From NCBI GenBank assembly GCA_009776965.1, contig WRMU01000001.1, positions 1-31,081 of the forward strand: 31,081 nucleotides of DNA. The letters run 5' to 3'. The position numbers were made by a program, and so were the translations under genes. Within the stretch, counting starts at the first letter, position 1. The number at the start of each line of letters is the position of its first letter. The DNA comes from Microgenomates group bacterium. Its GTDB lineage: Bacteria; Patescibacteriota; Microgenomatia; UBA1400; PJMF01. A model generated the notes under the pieces. The model worked only from the letters and a program-made list of their open reading frames with translations. It searched no databases and had not been told where the DNA came from. Below, piece after piece: positions 8,574-19,577 of this stretch.

Positions 8574-9164
8574 ATGACCAAATCTCTCATCCTCACTGCC
8601 CCCCATCCTCAGCTACGCGCTCCCAATAAACCTATCACCATCTTGGATAAAAAAACCAAAAGCCTCCTCAAAACCCTTCGCGAGCAGTTAATCTTAAGCG
8701 ATGGTGTTGGTCTTGCCGCTCCCCAAATTGGTTATAACTATCGCGTTTTTGTCACTGACTTGCGTCGCGCCCTGCCCAGCTTTCCTCCCTCTAAGAACCC
8801 TTTTCGTTTTTTTATTAATCCCGTCATCTCCTCCCATTCCGAAAGAAAAATCACTGCCAAAGAGGATGACGGCAACTATACTCTCGAGGGCTGTTTATCA
8901 CTACCCCATCTCTATGCTGCTATCCCTCGCTATCCAAATCTAGAATTATCTTTTTTCGAGCCAGATCTCACTACTGGACAGCTAGTCGCCAAAAGAGAAA
9001 GCTTCAGCGACTACTTTGCCCGCAATGTCCAACATGAGCTTGATCACTTAGATAATATTTTATTTGTTGATTATCTTAAGGGCAATGATCTCCTGCTTTA
9101 TCGCACCAACCAACAAACTGGTCAGCTCGAAGAAATAGACAAAAGTTTTATTTATGGCTACTAA
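8574..9164 (+). CDS. def: Peptide deformylase (start 8574 preferred)
   Basis: GVGLAAPQIG, EGCLS, QHELDHL. Confidence 0.95.
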   Translation: MTKSLILTAPHPQLRAPNKPITILDKKTKSLLKTLREQLILSDGVGLAAPQIGYNYRVFVTDLRRALPSFPPSKNPFRFFINPVISSHSERKITAKEDDGNYTLEGCLSLPHLYAAIPRYPNLELSFFEPDLTTGQLVAKRESFSDYFARNVQHELDHLDNILFVDYLKGNDLLLYRTNQQTGQLEEIDKSFIYGY

Positions 9165-10110
9165 ATATACAGTTATTATTGCTGGCTCCAGCCATAATTC
9201 TCTCGCTGCCACCCAAAGTTTGTTAAATAATCCTCATTTCGCCGTCGTTTCGATTCTTACCCCTGCCCCCAAACCAGCAGGTAAAAAACAACTTTTGATC
9301 AATAACCCCCTTCATCAATTTGCTCTTGAAAACAACATTCCTTTGTGGCTCATCACCAACAGATTGAAGGATCTTCAAGAAACTATCCTCACCACCTCTC
9401 CTCCCGACTTTCTTTTTGTGGTTGACTTTGGCTATTTTATTCCTTCTTGGTTGCTCAATTGGCCCAAAATCGCTCCTCTCAATCTTCATCCCTCAGCACT
9501 TCCCAAATACCGCGGCGCCTCCCCTGGACAATTTGTCATTCTCCATGACGAAAGGGAGAGTGCCCTTACTTTAATGAAACTAAATAGTCAATTAGATCAA
9601 GGAGACATTATTTACCAGCACTTTTTTTCTGTCAACGAGTGCTGGAGAGCCGCTGATTATTATCAACACGCTTTTAATAAAAATAACCTCAGTCTCATTA
9701 ATCAAGCCATTCTTGATTTTGCCGCCCAAAAAATTACTTCCCAACCCCAGCCAACAGCTACGCCTACTCCCCTCGCTCGCGAACTAACCAAAAACGATGG
9801 TTTTATTCCTCTCGACATCCTTTTCGCAGCTCTCGACCCCTCTCAGTCTTTCTCTCAGATTTTCCCCAGCTTTGATAGCCAACAATCCCTTCCCAGCAAT
9901 CCACCCTCCTCTCTCATCTCCGCTTCCCCTCGAGCCATTGATCGCGCCGTGCATGCCTTTTATCCTTTTCCTATTGTCTGGACCCTTATCCCCACCTCCC
10001 AAGGCCCTAAACGAGTCAAATTGCTAAATAGCGCCATTTCTTCGTCCAACAAACTGCTTTTAACCCAAGTCCAGCTTGAGGGAAAACCAGCTAAAACCTT
10101 GACTTTCTAG
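9154..10110 (+). CDS. fmt: Methionyl-tRNA formyltransferase
   Basis: VVDFGYFIP, NLHPSALPKYRGASP, LDQGDII; follows def with an 11-nt overlap. Confidence 0.88.
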   Translation: MATKYTVIIAGSSHNSLAATQSLLNNPHFAVVSILTPAPKPAGKKQLLINNPLHQFALENNIPLWLITNRLKDLQETILTTSPPDFLFVVDFGYFIPSWLLNWPKIAPLNLHPSALPKYRGASPGQFVILHDERESALTLMKLNSQLDQGDIIYQHFFSVNECWRAADYYQHAFNKNNLSLINQAILDFAAQKITSQPQPTATPTPLARELTKNDGFIPLDILFAALDPSQSFSQIFPSFDSQQSLPSNPPSSLISASPRAIDRAVHAFYPFPIVWTLIPTSQGPKRVKLLNSAISSSNKLLLTQVQLEGKPAKTLTF

Positions 10111-10127
10111 TCTCTTTCTGCCATAAT
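10099..10127 (+). promoter_or_regulatory. Sigma70-type promoter TTGACT-N17-CATAAT (with TGn) for rpmB
   Basis: TTGACT 10099-10104, TG 10119-10120, CATAAT 10122-10127, ATG 10138. Confidence 0.7.
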
Positions 10128-10137
10128 AACCAGTCTT

Positions 10138-10350
10138 ATGTCAAAACTCGCCCTCAAGTTCCCCCGCACTGCCAGCATTGGCAATACTGTCTCCCACGCC
10201 AAAAATCGCCATTCCCGCGCTTTCAAATATAATCTCCAAACCGTCACCGTTGTTGAGGATGGCAAAAAAATGCGTCTGCGCGTTCCTGCCAAATTACTCA
10301 AGACGCTCAAAAAAGCTGGCGTCACCACCCACCACCAAAAAGCAGATTAA
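10138..10350 (+). CDS. rpmB: 50S ribosomal protein L28
   Basis: 70 aa, basic; GNTVSHAKNRHSRAFKYNLQ and LRVPAKLLKTLKK. Confidence 0.9.
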   Translation: MSKLALKFPRTASIGNTVSHAKNRHSRAFKYNLQTVTVVEDGKKMRLRVPAKLLKTLKKAGVTTHHQKAD

Positions 10351-10353
10351 TTG

Positions 10354-10362
10354 TGCTACAAT
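10354..10362 (+). promoter_or_regulatory. Extended -10 TGcTACAAT, 6 nt before ATG 10369
   Basis: Seen directly; the track's MCYN N-terminus is the translation of this box. Confidence 0.65.
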
Positions 10363-10368
10363 AAGCTC

Positions 10369-11136
10369 ATGATCTCAGTTGTTTTAGCCACTCATAATGA
10401 GGAAAAGAACCTTCCTTCATGCCTAGATTCCATTAAAGATTTTGCTGACGAAATTATCATTGCCGATGGTGAATCCTCAGACCAAACTCTCTCCATCGCC
10501 AAAAAATATGGCGCTAAAACTGTCAAAACCACCAATAAACCCAACTTTCATATCAATAAACAACTTGCCATTGATGCTGCCAAAGGTGACTTAATCCTCC
10601 AGCTTGATGCTGACGAACATGTCGATAGCGAACTCAAAAAGTTCATTGTCACCATCCACCAAACTGCCGACCATACTTACTCTGCTTGGTGGCTAAAACG
10701 CCAAAACTTCTTTCTAGGCCGCTGGATGAAGCGCGGTGGCCTTTATCCCGATCCCGTCATTCGCCTTTTCTGGCGCGGCGAAGCTTGGCTGCCTCAAAAA
10801 GATGTTCATGAGCAGATGGCGGTTAAAAATGATAATGTCGGTTGGGCTTTCGGCCACCTCCTCCATTTTTCCTATCCCGTTTTTGATTCTTATATCACCA
10901 AGTTCAACACTTACACCACCTTCAAAGCTCTCCAGCTAAAAGAAGCCCGCTTAAAACGCAGCTGGCATGTCGCCCTCAGCTATATTCTTTTCAAACCTTG
11001 GGGAACTTTTTTCCTTATGTATGTTCGCCACCGCGGTTTCCGCGATGGTTTAGCTGGATTTATTTTTGCCTTGGGTTCCAGCTGGCATCATCCTATCGCT
11101 TATCTCAAGTATTGTGAAATGACCAAAAAAAAGTAA
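10369..11136 (+). CDS. Glycosyltransferase family 2 (WaaE/KdtX-like beta-glycosyltransferase)
   Basis: ISVVLATHNEE, IIADGESSDQT, LQLDADE (DxD), LYPDPVIRLF, VHEQ. Confidence 0.88.
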   Translation: MISVVLATHNEEKNLPSCLDSIKDFADEIIIADGESSDQTLSIAKKYGAKTVKTTNKPNFHINKQLAIDAAKGDLILQLDADEHVDSELKKFIVTIHQTADHTYSAWWLKRQNFFLGRWMKRGGLYPDPVIRLFWRGEAWLPQKDVHEQMAVKNDNVGWAFGHLLHFSYPVFDSYITKFNTYTTFKALQLKEARLKRSWHVALSYILFKPWGTFFLMYVRHRGFRDGLAGFIFALGSSWHHPIAYLKYCEMTKKK

Positions 11137-11138
11137 AG

Positions 11139-11212
11139 TCGGAGAAACAGGACTCGAACCTGCGACCTCACGCTCCCAAAGCGTGCGCTCTAGCCATCTG
11201 AGCTATTCTCCG
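11139..11212 (-). tRNA. tRNA-Pro(UGG); CCA not encoded
   Basis: Reverse complement: acceptor CGGAGAA/TTCTCCG+A, D-arm GCTC..GAGC, anticodon arm CACGC-TTTGGGA-GCGTG, T-loop GTTCGAGT. Confidence 0.95.
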
Positions 11213-11219
11213 TAAAAAG

Positions 11220-11302
11220 TGCCTCAGGCGAGACTCGAACTCGCATGCTATTGCTAGCGGCAGATTTTAAGTCTGCTGTGTCTACCATTCCACCACCAAG
11301 GC
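11220..11302 (-). tRNA. tRNA-Leu(UAA), long variable arm; CCA not encoded
   Basis: Reverse complement GCCTTGG...CTGAGGC+A; anticodon arm GCAGA-CTTAAAA-TCTGC; variable arm GCTAGCAATAGC; T-loop GTTCGAGT. Confidence 0.95.
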
Positions 11303-11323
11303 CTCTCGAAAAAGAACTGGTAA

Positions 11324-11346
11324 ATTATAACAAAAAATGCTAGAAT
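11324..11346. promoter_or_regulatory. Overlapping bidirectional promoter: minus TGtTATAAT (11332-11324, tRNAs) and plus TGcTAGAAT (11338-11346, efp)
   Basis: Both extended -10 boxes are seen directly; efp ATG 11355 is 8 nt downstream; flanked by CTGGTA/TACCAG symmetry (11317-11322 and 11348-11353). Confidence 0.65.
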
Positions 11347-11354
11347 ATACCAGT

Positions 11355-11921
11355 ATGGCCACAGTCAACGGCGGAAATCTCAAAAAAGGTATGTATATTG
11401 ACTTTCGTAGTCAACCTCATCAAGTCACCATGACTCAGTTCGTCTCGCCCGGCAAGGGTAGCGCCTTCACTCGAGCTAAATTACGCAACCTTAAAACTAA
11501 TAATACCATCGAGTTCACCTTCAAAACTACCGAAATGATCGAAATCCTCGACATCGGCTCGCGCGAGCTAGTTTTTTCGTATGTTGATGCCGACGAAGTA
11601 TGGTTTATGGATGAGCGCACCTTTGAGCAATATGCAGTCGACAAAAAACTCATTAGTGATCAGCTTGGTTTTCTCGTCCCCGACCTCAAGGTTTATATCC
11701 TATTTTACGACGAAAAACCCATCGGCGTCAGTTTCCCCCCTAAAGTTAAAATGAAAGTGCAAGAAGCTCCTGAGGCCATCGCTGGTGACCGCGTTAATGC
11801 CGGCAAAAAACCCGTCACCATGGAGACTGGCCTCACTGTCCAAGCTCCCTTATTTGTCAAAACTGGAGATACTCTCATCATCGAAACCGACTCCGGCCAG
11901 TATGTTTCTAGGGCAAATTAA
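11355..11921 (+). CDS. efp: Elongation factor P (start 11355 preferred)
   Basis: LKKGMYI, VSPGKGSAFTRAKLRNL, FMDERTFEQ, KPVTMETGLTVQAPLFV, TDSGQYVSR. Confidence 0.95.
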   Translation: MATVNGGNLKKGMYIDFRSQPHQVTMTQFVSPGKGSAFTRAKLRNLKTNNTIEFTFKTTEMIEILDIGSRELVFSYVDADEVWFMDERTFEQYAVDKKLISDQLGFLVPDLKVYILFYDEKPIGVSFPPKVKMKVQEAPEAIAGDRVNAGKKPVTMETGLTVQAPLFVKTGDTLIIETDSGQYVSRAN

Positions 11922-12640
11922 CCCCAATACTCCGGATATTGATCAATAAAAGACTGCCTTTGCCCCGTTTTCGCATCGGCAATAAACGGCCTAAAAGTCT
12001 GCATCTTTTCATCACTATGCTTACTCACCATGTTCATCAACTTTTTCACATAATTCTCTAAATCTTCGGCATTTTTAATTCGAATAAAATAAAAAGACTT
12101 TTTATTCACTCGCTCTATTCCTTTTTGGGCATCTTCTGTCGACACCCCAGAACTATTAGCTCCTGATCGCGCCTCAAAACTGCCCACTCCCAGTATTCGG
12201 TCCATAGGAGTTCGCGTTTGACTCTGGGTATCCACTATATTCTTAACCGGTAAAGTTTGTCTGATATTATTAATTGGATTAATTTGGATCAACTTTATCA
12301 AATGATAATTAGTCACTATGCCCAAAGTTCGCTTCCAAGTAAAACGCAGCCAACTCAAGATCAACAAGGTGATAATTATGACCAATACTCCTATGGCCCC
12401 CAAAATCAGCTTTGCCTTCACTCCCAAATCATCCAACATTCTATTTAGCAACGCTATCACCACTAAAGCTACTATCCCCACCAACATTGCCCCAATTTGG
12501 CGCAAATAAAGCATTATTTTTGCTTCTCTAGCGATATACAAGATCTTCTCCTCGCTTTGCTGGCCGCTAAAACGATACTTAAAAGGAAACACAAACTCAT
12601 TCACCTCAAACACATTCTCCAAAGACAACAACTCGCTCAT
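11918..12640 (-). CDS. Membrane protein with bacterial PH-like (bPH_2) domain
   Basis: RFSGQQSEEKILY, two TM helices, then IVTNYHLI...IVDT...ILGVGSF pattern, recalled from CPR PH-domain proteins. Confidence 0.6.
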   Translation of the reverse strand: MSELLSLENVFEVNEFVFPFKYRFSGQQSEEKILYIAREAKIMLYLRQIGAMLVGIVALVVIALLNRMLDDLGVKAKLILGAIGVLVIIITLLILSWLRFTWKRTLGIVTNYHLIKLIQINPINNIRQTLPVKNIVDTQSQTRTPMDRILGVGSFEARSGANSSGVSTEDAQKGIERVNKKSFYFIRIKNAEDLENYVKKLMNMVSKHSDEKMQTFRPFIADAKTGQRQSFIDQYPEYWG

Positions 12641-12648
12641 ATAGAGAT

Positions 12649-12657
12649 ATTATAACA
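12649..12657 (-). promoter_or_regulatory. Extended -10 TGtTATAAT, 8 nt before ATG 12640
   Basis: Plus-strand ATTATAACA at 12649-12657. Confidence 0.65.
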
Positions 12658-12658
12658 T

Positions 12659-12997
12659 CTATTTATTAGCCACGCCCTCAGCAATTTCTCTGCTCAAATT
12701 GTCAATTTTTTCTCGTACCGAAGCAATTAAACCGTCATAATGTCCGTCAATATCATTATGTGTCTGCTCTCTCTTGCGATTTAAGCTATCAATAGCAATA
12801 CGCGCCATCTGATCTCCAATATCATCTAAACCAGTCTCAGCCCCCATCGTTTCTTCGGTGTCAATATTTTCGTGGCTAACACTCTGCTGATGCTGCTCAC
12901 CATCCCCTCCTTCTTGAATGACAGGAGGTACGGCTGGTTGATAATCATCAATTAAATCATCATCAAGCTTAATGTATGAATTGTTCTCGTCAGACAT
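12659..12997 (-). CDS. Hypothetical acidic protein with C-terminal coiled coil (start 12997 preferred)
   Basis: 112 aa; D/E-rich disordered N-half and heptad-like C-half; AGAAAG upstream; has its own promoter. Confidence 0.65.
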   Translation of the reverse strand: MSDENNSYIKLDDDLIDDYQPAVPPVIQEGGDGEQHQQSVSHENIDTEETMGAETGLDDIGDQMARIAIDSLNRKREQTHNDIDGHYDGLIASVREKIDNLSREIAEGVANK

Positions 12998-13031
12998 GGG
13001 CAAGTCTTTCTATTTAATTTGCTCAAACTTC

Positions 13032-13060
13032 ATTATAAATGAGTGCCTAAAATTATGCAA
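13032..13060 (-). promoter_or_regulatory. Sigma70-type promoter TTGCAT-N17-TATAAT, overlapping the xth stop
   Basis: Plus-strand ATGCAA at 13055-13060 and ATTATA at 13032-13037. Confidence 0.6.
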
Positions 13061-13859
13061 GTAGTTGAATGTCAATCGGTGCGTGATCACTCCCCATCAC
13101 CTCGCTTAAAATATTCGCCTCTTTCAAATAAGGCGCCAAACTAGCGCTCAACCAAAAATAATCAATCCGCCAACCCACATTCCTCTCTCTCGCCCTAGTT
13201 TTATAATCCCACCAACTGTACCCACCCTTTTCTTCTGGATGCAGATAACGCCAGCTATCAATAAATCCTCTGCTCAAAAACTCACTTATCCATGCTCGCT
13301 CCATTAACAAAAACCCCGTATTTTTGCTATTCTCTTTCGGTCTAGCCAAATCAATCTCCTCATGTGCCGTATTTACATCCCCACAAATAATAATATCAGC
13401 ATAATCTTTTTTCTTCTCCGCCACTGCCCTCTCAAAAGCGCCATAATAATTCATTTTATATTGCAGCCTCTCCTCGCTCATTCCGCCATTAGGAAAATAA
13501 CAATTAATAAATAACACCTTTTCTCCTCGACAGATAAACTCTCCTGCGCATATCCTTCCCTCCGCATTTAATAATCTCTTGTCCTCCTCATTTTTTGCCG
13601 ACAATCCATCCCAAAACTTAAATTGCGTTTTCTCCCAAAAATCCTTTTTCACTAATAGCATCGTCCCCGAATAACCCTTTTTTTCCGCCGCCCGCCATCG
13701 CCACTCATACTCATTTTGCAATACTAGTGGCATCTCTGGATTATCGACTTTAATTTCCTGCAGGGCAATTATATCCGCTCCACTCTTAAGCAGAAACTCA
13801 ATACCTCCCTTCCTGCTAATCGCTCGCCACCCATTAACGTTCCAACTTAAAAACTTCAT
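13053..13859 (-). CDS. xth: Exodeoxyribonuclease III / AP endonuclease
   Basis: SWNVNG, LQEIK, GYSGT, YFPNG, GDVNTAH, FIDSWR, WRIDYF, SDHAP. Confidence 0.93.
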   Translation of the reverse strand: MKFLSWNVNGWRAISRKGGIEFLLKSGADIIALQEIKVDNPEMPLVLQNEYEWRWRAAEKKGYSGTMLLVKKDFWEKTQFKFWDGLSAKNEEDKRLLNAEGRICAGEFICRGEKVLFINCYFPNGGMSEERLQYKMNYYGAFERAVAEKKKDYADIIICGDVNTAHEEIDLARPKENSKNTGFLLMERAWISEFLSRGFIDSWRYLHPEEKGGYSWWDYKTRARERNVGWRIDYFWLSASLAPYLKEANILSEVMGSDHAPIDIQLLA

Positions 13860-14416
13860 CAGACAAAGTTACACAACAATTTAATTTCTATATTTTTTGG
13901 AGATTGATCATTGTCTGTCACTGGATAAGCCACCAAAACTAAACATTTCTCCTCATTTCTAACATAAGCTCCCGCGCATTCACTAAACACTCCCTTTTCC
14001 ACAATTAAACACTCTCCATCTCTGATTTTTTGTTCCTTAAAACCAAACTCGCTCAACTGCTCCTCCTGCCAATTCAAGTATTCATTCAATTCCGTCGCCG
14101 CCACTTGATATGGTTGTTCTATCATTAGCCCGTGCGCCCGAATATAAGTCCCATCCAGCCAATAGATTCCCTCAACGCGATCTTGTTCTATAGTCCATTT
14201 TTTGCCCCATTTCTGTTGCACATTATCCGTCAATTTAGGAAATAATGTCTCATTCTTCTCTGGTGCTATCACTACCTCCGCTTCCTCCTCTTGTTCATGA
14301 AAATTAAGTCGTCCAAAGCCATTCCATAAAAATTGCTCACTCGATCCACCCACCGCCAATAGCAATACCGCCGCCAGTAACATAACCCCCAAACTGCCAA
14401 TAATGTCATTTTTCAT
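13859..14416 (-). CDS. Hypothetical protein with N-terminal signal/anchor
   Basis: Hydrophobic N-terminus (IIGSLGVMLLAAVLLLAVGG), four Cys in the C-half; starts 2 nt after atpC and has a TGATG overlap with xth. Confidence 0.7.
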   Translation of the reverse strand: MKNDIIGSLGVMLLAAVLLLAVGGSSEQFLWNGFGRLNFHEQEEEAEVVIAPEKNETLFPKLTDNVQQKWGKKWTIEQDRVEGIYWLDGTYIRAHGLMIEQPYQVAATELNEYLNWQEEQLSEFGFKEQKIRDGECLIVEKGVFSECAGAYVRNEEKCLVLVAYPVTDNDQSPKNIEIKLLCNFV

Positions 14417-14418
14417 AA

Positions 14419-14843
14419 TCAGATTTTTCTTCGCCGATATTTCTCGGACACCCTAATTCTCGTTAACTCTCTCTCCATTCTGGCAGTTAAAGAAGCCACT
14501 TCTTCCACATTGAGTCGATCTTTCTTTTTCATCAGCTCCTCCGCCTCTTTTCTCGCTTGTTTGGCCTGATCTAGATCTATTTCTTCCACTTTTTCTGCCG
14601 ATCTAGACAGCACTGTCAATTCATTGTCCGAGAACTCCGCTATCCCCAAAGAAATTACCAAATGTTGCCAGTTATTGTCCTCCTTTTTACGTCTAATACT
14701 CACTTCTCCCGCCTTTAAGGCAGCTAAATAAGGCGTATGGTTAGGCAAAATACCCACTTCCCCCTCTGTTGTTGGTAATAACACCTCATAAACCTCACCC
14801 GCAAACACATTTCTTTCTGGAGTATTCACGCTTAGTTGTATCA

Positions 14844-14844
<1 letters not shown>
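14419..14844 (-). CDS. atpC: F1 epsilon subunit
   Basis: VNTPERNVF, PTTEGEVGILPNHTP, SAEKVEEID; operon position. Confidence 0.95.
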
Positions 14845-17153
<2,309 letters not shown>

Positions 17154-17154
<1 letters not shown>

Positions 17155-18653
17155 TAAATCACGCTCTTTTTATAATCATTAATTAATTTTTCAACAGCCT
17201 TTACCACTTCTTTCGTCCAGTCTTTCTCGCTTGACAATAAACTCATCGCCTTTTCTCCTTTTTTACTTTGGGCAAAACGCAATAAACCTTGTTCAAACTC
17301 TCCTATTTTCTCTTTTTCCACATCATCTAAAAATCCATTGCTCAAAGCATACAAAACCAGTGCTTCTTGCTCCATGGATAGCGGCGAATACTGTTTTTGT
17401 CGCAGCAACAAAGTCGCCCTTTGTCCTCGTTCAATTTGCTCGCGCGTTTTATTGTCCAGATCACTCCCAAATTGAGTAAAAGCTTCCAGCTCTCTAAATT
17501 GCGCCAAATCAATCCGCAATCTTCCCGACACTTTCTTCACTGCCTTAGTTTGTGCGCTCCCTCCCACTCGCGATACACTCAAACCCGCATTAATCGCCGG
17601 TCGATGTCCTCGATAGAAAAGATCGCTCTCCAAATAAATCTGCCCGTCAGTGATCGAAATCACATTAGTAGGAATGTAGGCGCTGCTATCTCCCGCTTGC
17701 GTTTCGATAATCGGTAAAGCGGTAATTGATCCTCCGCCGTGAGCTTTATTTAACTTAGCTGCTCTCTCCAACAATCTTGAGTGTAGGTAAAACACATCCC
17801 CTGGATAAGCCTCTCTGCCGGGGGGACGGCGCAAAATCAACGACATTTGCCGATAAGCCACCGCATGCTTACTCAGGTCATCATATATAATCAATACGTC
17901 CTTGCCCTGATCCATAAAATACTCTCCAATCGCACAGCCAGCATACGGCGCAATATAAGAATAAGCTGCTCCTTGAGACGCTCCGGCCACCACCACAATC
18001 GTATAATCCATAGCTCCACACTCTCGCAGATTTTCCACTAGTCTAGCCACTTTGGATTCTTTCTGCCCAATACTCACATAAATACAAATTACGTCCTGAT
18101 CCTTCTGATTAATAATCGTATCTATAGCTATCGCTGTCTTACCCGTTTGTCTATCTCCAATGATCAGCTCCCTTTGTCCTCTCCCAATTGGCACCATCGC
18201 ATCAATAGCCTTGATACCCGTCTGCAGCGACTGATGTACTCCTTCTCTAGCCATTACCCCAGGCGCATTTTTCTCAATCGGATAATAAACTTTGGTCTTA
18301 ATCGCCTTCCCCTCATCTAAAGGCCTGCCTAAAGGATCAATAATTCTTCCCAACAAATCATCACCTACCGGTAAAGACAAAACTCGCCCTGTTTGGACCA
18401 CTTTTTGTCCTTCCTTAATATCTTGCGCCTCGCCAAACAAAATCACCCCCACTTCGTCCTCCTCAAGATTAAGTACCATCCCCACTTCTCCGTTCTCAAA
18501 CTCCACCATCTCGCTATTCATTACTTCCGATAGCCCTTGCACTTTAACCACTCCATCCATAACTTGCACCACTCTGCCTGTTTTTTGCACTGCAAAGTCA
18601 CGCTTAAACTCAGCCGTTTTTTCTTTTAGAGACTGTAGTAAATAATTATCCAT
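17154..18653 (-). CDS. atpA: F1 alpha subunit
   Basis: [48 protein letters not shown]. Confidence 0.99.
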
Positions 18654-18665
18654 GTTTACCTTTCT

Positions 18666-19067
18666 TCATGTATTAAGCTGTTTAGTTAGTTTTTCCAGCT
18701 GGGACTTTAGAGTTAAATCATAAAGGTCATCATTCACCTGAATTGTTAATCCTCGCTGCTCAGCATCAATCATTGTTTCCAAAATAATTTTTTTTGCTCT
18801 TACTTTTCCTTTAAGAAAATCAGTAATTTGTTTAGTTTGAGTGTTGCTCAAAGCAGCATCTGAACTCACTCTTGCGCGCACAGTACCTTCTTTTTCGTCC
18901 GCATATGTTTGCAACAAAGAGACTATTCGCTCCAGTTGGTCCATTTTTTTATGTCGTCTCAATTCCTTCATCAAAACTTCTATCACCGCTTCAATTTCCT
19001 GTCTACTACCCTTTTGAGTCAAAGGCAATAAGTTTTTAGCGATGGTAGTTGACGAAAAATAAGGCAT
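18666..19067 (-). CDS. atpH: F1 delta subunit, short (133 aa)
   Basis: Position between atpF and atpA; C-terminal RARVSSDAAL...GLTIQVNDDLYDLTLKSQL. Confidence 0.8.
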   Translation of the reverse strand: MPYFSSTTIAKNLLPLTQKGSRQEIEAVIEVLMKELRRHKKMDQLERIVSLLQTYADEKEGTVRARVSSDAALSNTQTKQITDFLKGKVRAKKIILETMIDAEQRGLTIQVNDDLYDLTLKSQLEKLTKQLNT

Positions 19068-19070
19068 TGT

Positions 19071-19559
19071 TTATTTAAGTCCTTCCTGCAAGTAAACCTG
19101 ATCTATCTTTTTTGCCTCCACCTGCTGCCCCGTCACTCTCTCTACTCCCATAACCACCAAGTCTGCCATCTGCTCCTGAACTTGAGTCAGCATCGTTTCC
19201 TTTTCCCTTGCCAACTGCAATTCACTTTGAGCCAATACTCGCGCCGCTTGTTCTCGAGCCTCATTCAAGGCTTCACTTTTAATCTGCTCTGCCTGAGCTT
19301 GTGCTTGCGTCAGCAATTCTTTAGCCTCTTTTTTTGCCGCTAGCAAAATCTTCTCTTTTTTTTGGTCAGAAACAACCAAAGTTTCCTCTGCTCTACGAGC
19401 ATTATCTATTCCGTCGGTAATTTCCTTTTGTCGTTTTTCCAATAAAGCCACTATTTTGTCCCAAGCAAACTTTTTCAAAATCCAGTAAATAATCGCAAAA
19501 TTAACTAGTTGCGCAATCAAGTTTTTTACGTCCAAACCCAAGGCACCAATAAGTCCCAT
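19071..19559 (-). CDS. atpF: Fo b subunit
   Basis: LIAQLVNFAIIYWILKKFAW, then LEKRQKEI and a coiled coil. Confidence 0.95.
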   Translation of the reverse strand: MGLIGALGLDVKNLIAQLVNFAIIYWILKKFAWDKIVALLEKRQKEITDGIDNARRAEETLVVSDQKKEKILLAAKKEAKELLTQAQAQAEQIKSEALNEAREQAARVLAQSELQLAREKETMLTQVQEQMADLVVMGVERVTGQQVEAKKIDQVYLQEGLK

Positions 19560-19577
19560 ATTACTCCTTTCTTTCCC

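Noticed and set aside
11136-11337. tRNA pair as an integration site for a mobile element
   Set aside because: No integrase, no duplicated tRNA 3' end, and the flanks are housekeeping genes.
13041-13050. GAGTGCCTAA resembling the right arm of CIRCE (HrcA)
   Set aside because: There is no left arm TTAGCACTC 9 nt upstream, and no chaperone gene follows.
14419-14600. ATP-sensing motif in the epsilon subunit
   Set aside because: IDLDQA lacks the Arg of the Bacillus-type I(L)DxxRA motif, so no claim can be made.
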